From a virus (taxonomy: Duplodnaviria; Caudoviricetes), in the IMG/VR virus record IMGVR_UViG_3300023500_000003, positions 1 through 58,768 of that record: a stretch of 58,768 nucleotides of DNA; one strand, given 5' to 3'. The notes under the pieces are model-generated. The model saw nothing but the letters and a program-made list of their open reading frames with translations. It was not told where the DNA came from and ran no database searches. Positions within the stretch are counted from its first letter, which is position 1. Each line of letters opens with the position of its first letter. Positions 44,244 to 52,856 of the stretch are shown piece by piece. The position numbers and the translations under genes are program-made.

Positions 44244-44708
44244 CTAGACGGCGTCCCGCGCCTTATTTAGTGTTAGTTTTCTTTCTTTCCACGGTAATTT
44301 TTTATTACCGCCGTAGGGAATGGCCTGCCCGTTTAACAACATTTCGTTGTTGATATCTACACCGTTGTGGTCAAGCAACGTGCCCATGACTCTGCCGTAC
44401 TTGCCTTTCTTGTCGAGGCGAGACTTAATGACGATTCTGCCACCTTCAGCTTTGAGTCTAGCTTTTAGCCACGCTTTAGCTTCTAGTCCATACTTCTTCT
44501 CGTCCAAGTTGCGTGTACGAGATTCGGCAGTATCAATACCTGACAAGCGGACACGAGTTTTGTATTTTACTCCGTATCCCAGGTCTAGTAGAACGTCAAT
44601 CGTATCACCGTCAACGACGCGTAGTAGATCGGCCATGTACAGATGGATATTTGCAGTAATTTTAGACTTCTTCCACAATCTATCTTTCAAAGTTTTAGGC
44701 TTAGCCAT
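44244..44708 (-). CDS. thermonuclease (SNase)
   Basis: RVVDGDTID..DLG..RVRLSGIDTAESR..GKYGRV..IN..ML..G.A..Y. Confidence 0.92.
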   Translation of the reverse strand: MAKPKTLKDRLWKKSKITANIHLYMADLLRVVDGDTIDVLLDLGYGVKYKTRVRLSGIDTAESRTRNLDEKKYGLEAKAWLKARLKAEGGRIVIKSRLDKKGKYGRVMGTLLDHNGVDINNEMLLNGQAIPYGGNKKLPWKERKLTLNKARDAV

Positions 44709-44830
44709 GTGGTCCTCCTTTTTAAGTTGTAGGAGAATGAGTAGGTGGGGTTCAGCTTAATAGTACTTCGGCCACACCCATTATGATCAAAAGCAGGATA
44801 ATTGTTGCCCTCGGCAAGAGGAACCCCCAT

Positions 44831-44959
44831 TCAGCATTCATTGAGTTCCCCAAGTTTCTTTTCTTCATTTTTCGGTTCCAAGGGCTCCGGTTCATTTAGG
44901 CTCTCCAACTTCTTTTCCTTTTCCTGCAACTTCTTTTCCGGCTCGTTCAGTGACTCCAT
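44831..44959 (-). CDS. 42-aa charged repeat peptide (not in ORF track)
   Basis: AAGGAG RBS; MESLNEPEKKLQEKEKKLESLNEPEPLEPKNEEKKLGELNEC*. Confidence 0.45.
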   Translation of the reverse strand: MESLNEPEKKLQEKEKKLESLNEPEPLEPKNEEKKLGELNEC

Positions 44960-45416
44960 GGTCATCTCCTTTTTTGTTTATCTGTTCCAGTAGCTTTAGC
45001 CACCTGTCTTCACGATCAATCATTGTGCGCCAGTTAGCCACTAGGTTCTTGTAGTTCTGCTCGCTCAACCCAATGTACAGGTTACTGTTGCGGTCAATAG
45101 CAGGAATGATACAAGAGCTACTCATCTTCTCCAAAGCTATAACGTCATACGTCTTCTTAGGATCAAGTTTCAACGCCTTGGCTTTATCAAGACAGGACTT
45201 TGAATTAGCTACTACAGCCTTGGTAGTGATTCGAGGGTAATCCCATACTACAGACATCAGCCCTTGCTTGGCAGGCATCCTGTACATGTAGTTCACCTGG
45301 GCTTGTGGTTTCGTAACTGTAGTAACTTCTAACGGTGCTTTGACAGAACCGCACCCTACTAAGCTGGGGAGTAAGAACACCCCAAGGAGTATCAAAATCG
45401 GCATGTCTCGCATCAC
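44892..45416 (-). CDS. lipoprotein, putative o-spanin
   Basis: lipobox LVGC; directly follows i-spanin-like gene. Confidence 0.65.
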   Translation of the reverse strand: MMRDMPILILLGVFLLPSLVGCGSVKAPLEVTTVTKPQAQVNYMYRMPAKQGLMSVVWDYPRITTKAVVANSKSCLDKAKALKLDPKKTYDVIALEKMSSSCIIPAIDRNSNLYIGLSEQNYKNLVANWRTMIDREDRWLKLLEQINKKGDDHGVTERAGKEVAGKGKEVGEPK

Positions 45417-45796
45417 TGAACCCCTTTCTTCAACCAGGAAGTATTCCCCTTGCTGATTGAGCGGTTGATAACTTTCAGCACTAACTCCGAATGGCGGCTG
45501 TTTCTTAGTTTGACCATATCCCTAGCCATCAGTTTGTTATTAGCTGCTGCTAGCTTCTGGTTCAGCTCTTGCTCGTACTTACCCATAGCTTCAATGCTGG
45601 CCTGGTAGTTGTTGGCTTCTGTGACCAGGCTAGCTATATTCTCAGATAACGCTCTATTGGCCGCTGCTGCTTTCTCGGTTTCGCTTACCTGTAAAGTAAG
45701 CTCTGCTTGGGCGGTAGCCAATTCCGCTTTGAAGTAGAACATTCCTGCCATACTTGACGCTGTCATAATTCCCATAACCATCACTACATAAATCAT
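45413..45796 (-). CDS. putative i-spanin
   Basis: N-terminal TM followed by coiled coil; AAGGAG RBS; in lysis cluster. Confidence 0.65.
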   Translation of the reverse strand: MIYVVMVMGIMTASSMAGMFYFKAELATAQAELTLQVSETEKAAAANRALSENIASLVTEANNYQASIEAMGKYEQELNQKLAAANNKLMARDMVKLRNSRHSELVLKVINRSISKGNTSWLKKGVQ

Positions 45797-46221
45797 CGGT
45801 ATGCTGCTCCTTCTGCTAATAGTGCGCGTTTTAATCTCTCTATACATACAGAAGAAGCTATCGAAGCTGACGCAGGTTTCCATGTACGTGCGAGGAGAGT
45901 AGCGGTAACATCATTGCCAACTTGTTGTAAATCAATTACCACGAGTTGTTTCTGGCCATTCCTGAGCTTCTGCTCGTCCAGTGCGATGCGTGCTTCCAGT
46001 TCATGGATAGTAGTCTGCTTTGTCTTCACATCATACGTCAGTTTCATGATTTCTTGCTTCAGGTAACCTTCGTCGTGCTTGCCTATCTGGAGGTAAATCA
46101 TCCCAGCTGCCCCAACTGCCAAACAGAGGTAACTCATGAATTGCAGTGAGGAGCTAGGAGAGATGTCGAACTTTTCTAAGAACCGCTGGTACACTTTAGC
46201 AAACTTTTCAAAAGTAATCAT
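45793..46221 (-). CDS. single-TM coiled-coil protein in lysis cluster
   Basis: FMSYLCLAVGAAGMIYL then coiled coil. Confidence 0.65.
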   Translation of the reverse strand: MITFEKFAKVYQRFLEKFDISPSSSLQFMSYLCLAVGAAGMIYLQIGKHDEGYLKQEIMKLTYDVKTKQTTIHELEARIALDEQKLRNGQKQLVVIDLQQVGNDVTATLLARTWKPASASIASSVCIERLKRALLAEGAAYR

Positions 46222-46244
46222 CTGTCGGCCTCCGTGGTCTCAGT

Positions 46245-46916
46245 TTAGAAATCAGTGGTCAAGGTAGATTCAATCCACTTCCTATCAAAACACCTGACAT
46301 CAGCATGGATCCAAGTTGGGCTGATTCGTACGGGTTCAAAAGAAGGTACATTTCTTTTTGACCACCCTACCTGCATCTTATCAAACTGCTTATGCACTTC
46401 TTTGACGATTCGATTGCGGTCGGAAGACTCAGGGTAATGTGGACGCAAGTCGCAGGCTTTACCCATGTGATTAGTTGACATCCTTCCGTGGGCGTTATTG
46501 TCATTCCAGCAACGGTAGCCAGAGCTGTAGCGGAACTGGTACTGTGGGAACACTGCTTGCACCATAACAGCAATCCATACGGTCACTGCACTGATGCCTG
46601 GGTATTCATAGTTGTAGTATGCTTCGCACTCCGGTTTCCCTTCACGGTAGTTGTTCTTAAACTTGCCGTTCCCGAAACCACTACAGCTTCCACAGTCACA
46701 GTCCATATCAGCAAGAGATGGTTTGTATTTGTCCCACGCCTGTTGTAATGCTAACTCTGTAGCAGGGCCTACGATTCCATCAGGGTTGCTATCCCCCATG
46801 ACATGCTGCTGGAAACCTTTAATTGCCATCGTGGTATTCTTACCTGGATAGTTATCCGGCACGCCAGCACCGAAGGCGGCTAGTCTGATTTGGAGTTCTC
46901 TAATAGTTAAAGGCAT
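46245..46916 (-). CDS. endolysin (PG-binding domain + M15A peptidase)
   Basis: LQ.RL..G..D..G..T..AIK.FQ..DGIVGP.T; SSGYRC..N..STNHMGKACD; WIHAD. Confidence 0.88.
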   Translation of the reverse strand: MPLTIRELQIRLAAFGAGVPDNYPGKNTTMAIKGFQQHVMGDSNPDGIVGPATELALQQAWDKYKPSLADMDCDCGSCSGFGNGKFKNNYREGKPECEAYYNYEYPGISAVTVWIAVMVQAVFPQYQFRYSSGYRCWNDNNAHGRMSTNHMGKACDLRPHYPESSDRNRIVKEVHKQFDKMQVGWSKRNVPSFEPVRISPTWIHADVRCFDRKWIESTLTTDF

Positions 46917-46918
46917 TC

Positions 46919-47623
46919 TTATTCTCCGAGCTTGGCTTTCAGTTTCAGCATTTCAACTTCCTGGGCATGTTCACGTCTGTCAGCAGAATCTGATTGTCTG
47001 TCAGTAACAAACATCTTCACCGTAGCAAGAACACCTGCAATAAACGCCATGACGATACCCATAACTTCTACTGAAACATTCTCGGGTTTCATGGACAAAA
47101 TATCAGTAAGTAGCGTGTTAGTCATGTAAAGCATCATAGCAATTACTGCGATGATTGCTACTCGGAACTCACCATAAATCTTGATGACGTAATCAAGGAT
47201 TCCTTGGGACGCTGTATCAATTCCGCAGGCCATGCGAGTGGCCATGGGAGTCTTCTGTATTGCGTTTGCTACTGCTTCAGGCATGGGAGGAACAGGAACA
47301 TGACCGTCTAGCATGTCTTGTACACCCTGTTCACGTTCTGCTACTTCCAGCTCTCGCGCGTCAATGGTCAGATTCTGGCTGATGGCTCTAGCCTGTACTG
47401 CCTCTGTGATAGCTTCCTTCTCAGCTAGAGCAAGAATACGCTCAGACAGGTCATCCTGCTTAGCCGTCATGTCCGCCACGTCCTGGAGTGCCTGTACTGC
47501 AATATCTTCTACTTCAGAGATAGGCATATCTGCTAAATCAGGGTGACTAGCTGTTGCTACGTCAGCACCATGCAGGTCGACTCCTTTTACTGTAGGTTCT
47601 TCGGGTTTTATAACTGTAGTCAT
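46919..47623 (-). CDS. two-TM membrane protein, putative holin
   Basis: two C-terminal TM helices after a long acidic domain; directly upstream of endolysin. Confidence 0.5.
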   Translation of the reverse strand: MTTVIKPEEPTVKGVDLHGADVATASHPDLADMPISEVEDIAVQALQDVADMTAKQDDLSERILALAEKEAITEAVQARAISQNLTIDARELEVAEREQGVQDMLDGHVPVPPMPEAVANAIQKTPMATRMACGIDTASQGILDYVIKIYGEFRVAIIAVIAMMLYMTNTLLTDILSMKPENVSVEVMGIVMAFIAGVLATVKMFVTDRQSDSADRREHAQEVEMLKLKAKLGE

Positions 47624-47901
47624 TTCGGTTCTCCGTGGGCCTTGAAGGCTCTATTTTTGATCTGTTGTTCTAACTTTTTCTTTTTCTTCTCCAATCTTTT
47701 GATCAGGTACAGGTTGAACTTCTTGTACCGGCGTTGGTTAGGAGTAAGGTCGTTCCTTGTCAATGCGACCACACGAGAATGCCTGCGTTCAATTGATTGC
47801 TCTACCCTAGTCAGTTCCGACACCAAGTAACGATCCTCGTAGGTAGCCGCGTGTGTTTGGTAGGACAGCGAAAATACAAGTATCAAGGCCGCGAACTTCA
47901 T
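47620..47901 (-). CDS. exported basic protein
   Basis: signal peptide MKFAALILVFSLSYQTHA; shares motifs with 47898-48278. Confidence 0.65.
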   Translation of the reverse strand: MKFAALILVFSLSYQTHAATYEDRYLVSELTRVEQSIERRHSRVVALTRNDLTPNQRRYKKFNLYLIKRLEKKKKKLEQQIKNRAFKAHGEPK

Positions 47902-48278
47902 AGTAGCTCTAGCTCTTGTAGTTGCGTATCTATCGATTCTTGCAATTTCAGCAGCCTACCGATTTTCTGCTCTAGTGTCCGAGCATAGACACGTTGGTTG
48001 GCTGTGAGGGTAGCCGAGTTGGATTTCAGAACTTCTAGCTCGCCATTAGCCTCTGACAGATCCATATCCACCCACCTGAGATCACTTGCAAGTCGGTACC
48101 GGTAGAAGTTTGTCAGTCGGGTGTACTCAACCAAAGCTTTTGAGGTTGCAATTCCAGAGGCTTTCTGTTCTGACAAAGATGCTGCAACTCGAGAAGCATT
48201 GGCGTATCTGTCTTCTGCGGCTACGATACCTCCAGCTATTGTAGTCGCGACACCTAGTGTCATCATAAAGTTAGCCAT
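47898..48278 (-). CDS. membrane-anchored/exported protein
   Basis: GAGGTG RBS; hydrophobic N-terminus; EDRY and LT.NQR.Y motifs shared with neighbour. Confidence 0.65.
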   Translation of the reverse strand: MANFMMTLGVATTIAGGIVAAEDRYANASRVAASLSEQKASGIATSKALVEYTRLTNFYRYRLASDLRWVDMDLSEANGELEVLKSNSATLTANQRVYARTLEQKIGRLLKLQESIDTQLQELELL

Positions 48279-48313
48279 TCTCACCTCACTACACGCGTTT
48301 CTAGTGGTCGTAC

Positions 48314-48354
48314 ACGCGTTTTTAATTGAAACTGACACCTTAGTATGCTTTAGG
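48314..48354 (-). promoter_or_regulatory. 41-bp repeat, putative late promoter
   Basis: copy of 43375-43415. Confidence 0.65.
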
Positions 48355-48366
48355 GAGCACAAGGCG

Positions 48367-48612
48367 TTAGAATTGGTTCTTCCTGTCTTGAATCAACGTA
48401 TTAAAATCATTCGCCAATATGCCGAAGTTTTTTTTATCAACGCACATATAGGGAGTACCGGTACCAGGGTTGAGCCATTGAAACGGCTTTAGTCCTAAGG
48501 GCACGTACTTCCTCTCTTGCTGCTTGACAGGCACGGGCACGTTCTCTGTTAGTGTTGCTACAGGAGAAGCGCACCCTGCAAGTATCAGTATAAGGATAAT
48601 TAAGTATGTCAC
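48367..48612 (-). CDS. small lipoprotein (possible pilotin)
   Basis: MTYLIILILILAGC lipobox; starts 5 nt after secretin stop. Confidence 0.7.
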   Translation of the reverse strand: MTYLIILILILAGCASPVATLTENVPVPVKQQERKYVPLGLKPFQWLNPGTGTPYMCVDKKNFGILANDFNTLIQDRKNQF

Positions 48613-48617
48613 TCGAG

Positions 48618-50363
48618 CTACTCCGGTAGATATAGTAATCCTTTCATGTTAGGAAATAATCTTTCAGTGGTCATCAACCTCTCACCCGTGAGCTCCTGCG
48701 GATGTGTTATAATAGTCGGGTGGATGAATATCATGAGATTGACTTTATTAGTCTTGTTCTCAGTTTGTGCAAACAGTCTCCCTGCAAAAGGGATGTCACC
48801 AAGGAGGGGAATCCCCGCTGTAGTGTCGGTATCAGAATTTTGTACCAACCCACCCAATACTAGTATCCCGCCATCCTCAGCTACTGCTATTGTTTTTAAT
48901 GACCTCTTGTTGGTTATGATATCAGAGGCTATTGTGGAAGGGGAGATGGAGCTGATTTCTTGCTCGATAATTAGTTCAATATCTCCATTTCCTAATGCAC
49001 GAGGGGTGACTACAAGAGACAGTCCCACATCTTTTCTTTCTATTGTTTGGAAAGGATTAGCACCCTGAGTGCCCCCCTGACTTCCAGTAACGAATGGAAC
49101 ATTCTGGCCTACGGAGAGTCTTGCTTCTTCATTACTCAAGACAAGCACGGACGGTACCGATAAGATGTTGGCCTCGGTATTAACTTTCAAAGCCTTCAAA
49201 ATACCGCCAAAAGATAGCGGGTTACCAGTGAACAATCCCACTACTAGACTTTTTCCAGTATCTAGGAGCTGATCTCCAATGGCAACATTCCCTGCACCGA
49301 CCCCTCCGCCAGCTGTAGGGGAGTTGTTTAGAACCCAGTCAATTCCAAACGCCAGTGAAGTATCTCCCGCTACTTCAACTATAATCATCTCTACTAGTAT
49401 CTGCTGCCTGGGTGTATCTAATTTGGATATTAGCAATCTAATCTTTTTCTTGCTGCCTTCTGGTCCGGACAGGACTATGGCGTTCCGGATCTTGTCTACC
49501 GCTATCTCCACTTCTTTGGTAAGGGAGGGCAATGTTGATAGGACGGACAGTACATTATCAGCTTTAGTATGCTCGACCAGAATAAGCTCTACTCGAGATA
49601 AGGATACCGGAGTAGGAGGAAGGTCTACCGCTTTCATCATAGTTACTGCATTTGTAACTGCTGATCTAGCACCTACCAATATTAAAGTATTGTTTACAGT
49701 ATTAGCAATCACCCTCACTTCGTTTTCTTGGTAGAGGGTTTTCACAGATAAAGCTGCTACATCTGCATTCACATTCTTCAATTGAATGACCCTAATAGTA
49801 TTAGCGGAAGACGAGTCAAGTACTTGCAGCAGTGAATACATCTTCTTAATGTTTACGCCGCTATCAGTAATGATGATCATTCCTAACCCCAATGGAGTTA
49901 TAAGTTTCCCATCACGGGATAGGAGAGGTGTGATTATAGCCGCCGCCTTTGTTGGCGAGATGTATAGTAGATTATAAATGGAGGTTACTATATTCTCGCC
50001 TGAGATACCGCCAATACCACCATTTGCTGCAATTCTCGGAACTATCTTCAGGTATCCATTATTCTCAACCGACGTCAGACGGTTCATCTCAAGCACTGAA
50101 TCTAGGAGCAAGCGAAGTTGAGGTTTGGACATACCATTAGTCACATGTACGGTTACTTCCCCTGAAACCTGCTTATCCAGTAGTACGTTCAGATTCAGTA
50201 TTTTTGACACTAGAAGGATAAAACCTTTCAACTCCACCTTGTCAACATTTAGAGTTATCAGATCTGATTTTACCACGCCGGCACCCTCTGCAGAATGCCC
50301 AAAGGTTATCAGTCCTAATAGTACTAGAAAGACTGCTAGTACTTTGGTCGCTCTGTCCATCAT
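48618..50363 (-). CDS. gspD: GspD-type outer-membrane secretin
   Basis: signal peptide; N0 domain (FI..VS..L..N.LLD..VSG.VTV); three N repeats; LDTPRQQILVE.IIVEV; NILSVPS..L.NEEA...VGQNVPF; IERKDVG..L.VTP; GIPLLGDIP..GRLF; NLMIFIHPTII. Confidence 0.93.
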   Translation of the reverse strand: MMDRATKVLAVFLVLLGLITFGHSAEGAGVVKSDLITLNVDKVELKGFILLVSKILNLNVLLDKQVSGEVTVHVTNGMSKPQLRLLLDSVLEMNRLTSVENNGYLKIVPRIAANGGIGGISGENIVTSIYNLLYISPTKAAAIITPLLSRDGKLITPLGLGMIIITDSGVNIKKMYSLLQVLDSSSANTIRVIQLKNVNADVAALSVKTLYQENEVRVIANTVNNTLILVGARSAVTNAVTMMKAVDLPPTPVSLSRVELILVEHTKADNVLSVLSTLPSLTKEVEIAVDKIRNAIVLSGPEGSKKKIRLLISKLDTPRQQILVEMIIVEVAGDTSLAFGIDWVLNNSPTAGGGVGAGNVAIGDQLLDTGKSLVVGLFTGNPLSFGGILKALKVNTEANILSVPSVLVLSNEEARLSVGQNVPFVTGSQGGTQGANPFQTIERKDVGLSLVVTPRALGNGDIELIIEQEISSISPSTIASDIITNKRSLKTIAVAEDGGILVLGGLVQNSDTDTTAGIPLLGDIPFAGRLFAQTENKTNKVNLMIFIHPTIITHPQELTGERLMTTERLFPNMKGLLYLPE

Positions 50364-50399
50364 GTGGATCTCCTTTAATATTCAATTCAGGTAGTTAGT

Positions 50400-52763
50400 T
50401 TAGAATTTCTTCATCTCGAATACGCTATTTACGAAGAAGTCACCCAGTATGCCAGTGAACCTGTACCTGGAAGTGCCATCCGACCAATACAGCGTTTGGT
50501 AATCACCGCCAATGGTGATAGCTATTTGATTGTTCCAAACAGGGGTAAACGTAGAGCCAATAGTCCCTACACGGGGCTGTACTCCCGTTCCTAGTGACCT
50601 ATGATGATAAGTAACACCCTCAGATATGGTAATAGTGCCGCCTGCTCCATCGTTGTAGCGCCACTCGAAGTTTTTGAGGCCTGCCTGAGTAAAACGGAAC
50701 TCATAGTTATCAATCAGTGTTACCACTACTTCCGCATCAGCAACAGCATATACGGAACTTCCCGAAGTACTTACAGGAACAGCCCTATTCCACACGCCGC
50801 CACTGAATATCATCAGTAGCGCATTAGTGGTATCGTACCAAGCATCGCCATTAGCAGGATTGATTGGAGCAGTAGCTTGAGTCACCGCCCCTACTCCTTG
50901 TGCGCCTGCTGCTCCTGATAAACCTTGAATACCTGCAGAGCCAGTTAATCCTTGGGGACCTGTTAAACCTATACTTCCATCTGCGCCTGGTGTACCTGAC
51001 ACTCCTTGTGTGCCTGGCACCCCTTGCGCTCCTGCGGCTCCTACTGAAACTATCGAGAGTGTGCTACCAGTAACAGTTATGTTATCCCCGGCTGAGGAAG
51101 TGAGTACAGATGTGATGACATCACCTGCTGCCACGGTCAGTACTCCTTTCGCTAGTACAAAGGTAGGAGAATTTACTGTTGCTCCGCCCCTTCCTGTGAT
51201 AGTGGATGCTACCCCATTCACGAATATGGTCACCAGTTTATTGTTCGAAGATGCTCTGATAACAACCGAAGACGAGAGAAAGTAAGTACCCGCGCTCACA
51301 ATAGTCAATGAGTTAGTTGTAGTGCTTGCTGTAATACCAGAGGATAATCCTGTGATAGTACCAAACACGAGAGTGTGAGGATATACAGAAACCACAGTGT
51401 CGCCTGAATTTGACATTGACCCATATGCTGCAGCTGCGGAGATGTTTGATCCAGTTGCTCCTACTGCACCTTGAATACCAGCGACACCTTGAACACCCTG
51501 TGATCCCGTTAACCCTGTTGGTCCAGTAGAGCCAGTAGCACCTTGAATACCCTGTGACCCCGTTGGTCCAGTAATACCTTGAATACCCTGTGATCCGGTA
51601 ATGCCCACCAAAGACGAATTACTTACCCACCCTGCTATTGCTTTAGGACCAAACATGGTAGATGTTGTAGTATTTAGATAGAAGTCTCCTAATACTCCGT
51701 CTGCTATGAGGGGATCTGCGCTCCCATTGAGCACAGTGTTTCCGGGAGTTCCAGTAGTACCTGCTAAGCCTTGAATACCGGCAGCTCCCGTTAAACCTTG
51801 AATACCGGCAGCTCCCGTTAAACCTTGAATACCGTCAGCTCCCGTTAAACCCTGAATACCGGTAGCTCCTGCTAAGCCTTGAATACCGGCAGCTCCCGTT
51901 AAACCCTGAATACCGTCAGCTCCTGTAGCACCTGTTAAACCTGTTGGTCCTGCTAAGCCTTGAACACCATCAGCACCTGTTAAACCTTGAGTGCCAGCTT
52001 GTGCTAGTGGTAACCATATAGCAGCGTCCGACGAGGGGATAGTTCCTGTGTTAGCCTGTATTGCGGAGAAGCTTCCACCCGCATGCGAAACAACGTCGAG
52101 GGTTGAGTAAGCAAGGGAAGTATTCCACACGCCTCTCAGCACTAACGTAGCTCCGTCGGTACCATCAACGCCGTCAACTCCTGCTACTCCAGCAACACCT
52201 TGAAGACCGAATGCTCCAGCCTGTCCGACAATCCCATCCTTCCCATCTTTTCCGTCTATGCCATTAGCACCAGGTTCTCCATCTTTCCCATCTTTCCCGT
52301 CGACCCCGTCAGTACCAGTTGTGCCGTCTACGCCGTCAGTACCAGTTGTTCCATCCATGCCGTCAGTACCAGCAGTACCAGTTGTACCGGATCCTGACAT
52401 AGTGACTGTAGGGAGTAAGCGGTCTGACTCCTTCTGTGCTTCGGATAGCAGAGCATCGGGAATTACAGCCTCTCTAACGACCTGGAAAGTATCTGCAGAT
52501 AAGCCCAAGGTGGTGGGGGATACCACAGCCGTGGCTCCTCCTCCTGTTGCAACTGCACCTACGGCCATCAGAATTTTAGCGTTCTCCATAACGAAGTCGT
52601 AGGCTTTACTTGCGCCAGACTTCACGCCATCGAATACAGATGTTACGAGGTTTTGCTGCACCTCAGTATGTAAATCTTTTGCACCGTCAGAAAGTTGAGA
52701 GGCTATTTCTGCCGCTTCATCTTTCAGCAAGCTGGCAGCTTTTTCTGTTATCTCATCCGTCAT
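50400..52763 (-). CDS. collagen-like fibre protein
   Basis: several (GXY)n tracts; beta-rich BclA/C1q-like domain; C-terminal domain shared with 52857-54200; hydrophobic N-terminal segment. Confidence 0.85.
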   Translation of the reverse strand: MTDEITEKAASLLKDEAAEIASQLSDGAKDLHTEVQQNLVTSVFDGVKSGASKAYDFVMENAKILMAVGAVATGGGATAVVSPTTLGLSADTFQVVREAVIPDALLSEAQKESDRLLPTVTMSGSGTTGTAGTDGMDGTTGTDGVDGTTGTDGVDGKDGKDGEPGANGIDGKDGKDGIVGQAGAFGLQGVAGVAGVDGVDGTDGATLVLRGVWNTSLAYSTLDVVSHAGGSFSAIQANTGTIPSSDAAIWLPLAQAGTQGLTGADGVQGLAGPTGLTGATGADGIQGLTGAAGIQGLAGATGIQGLTGADGIQGLTGAAGIQGLTGAAGIQGLAGTTGTPGNTVLNGSADPLIADGVLGDFYLNTTTSTMFGPKAIAGWVSNSSLVGITGSQGIQGITGPTGSQGIQGATGSTGPTGLTGSQGVQGVAGIQGAVGATGSNISAAAAYGSMSNSGDTVVSVYPHTLVFGTITGLSSGITASTTTNSLTIVSAGTYFLSSSVVIRASSNNKLVTIFVNGVASTITGRGGATVNSPTFVLAKGVLTVAAGDVITSVLTSSAGDNITVTGSTLSIVSVGAAGAQGVPGTQGVSGTPGADGSIGLTGPQGLTGSAGIQGLSGAAGAQGVGAVTQATAPINPANGDAWYDTTNALLMIFSGGVWNRAVPVSTSGSSVYAVADAEVVVTLIDNYEFRFTQAGLKNFEWRYNDGAGGTITISEGVTYHHRSLGTGVQPRVGTIGSTFTPVWNNQIAITIGGDYQTLYWSDGTSRYRFTGILGDFFVNSVFEMKKF
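51762..51990 (-). repeat. 27-nt tandem repeats encoding GIQGL[TA]GA[ADT]
   Basis: GCTCCCGTTAAACCTTGAATACCGGCA-like units repeated. Confidence 0.8.
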
Positions 52764-52856
52764 TGGGTACTCCTGTTCTGGTATAAGCGCACTCTGGTCT
52801 GGACACCCTTTCGGATGCCCAGCTTCAGAAGGCGTTTTGATGTTAGAGTACTAAGC

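Noticed and set aside
48618-50363. Integrated filamentous phage or complete T2SS locus
   Set aside because: No Zot/pI ATPase, rolling-circle Rep, GspE/F or pseudopilin genes; the secretin has three N repeats like GspD, longer than pIV
51762-51990. Tandem 27-nt repeats as a regulatory array
   Set aside because: Fully explained by in-frame collagen GXY coding
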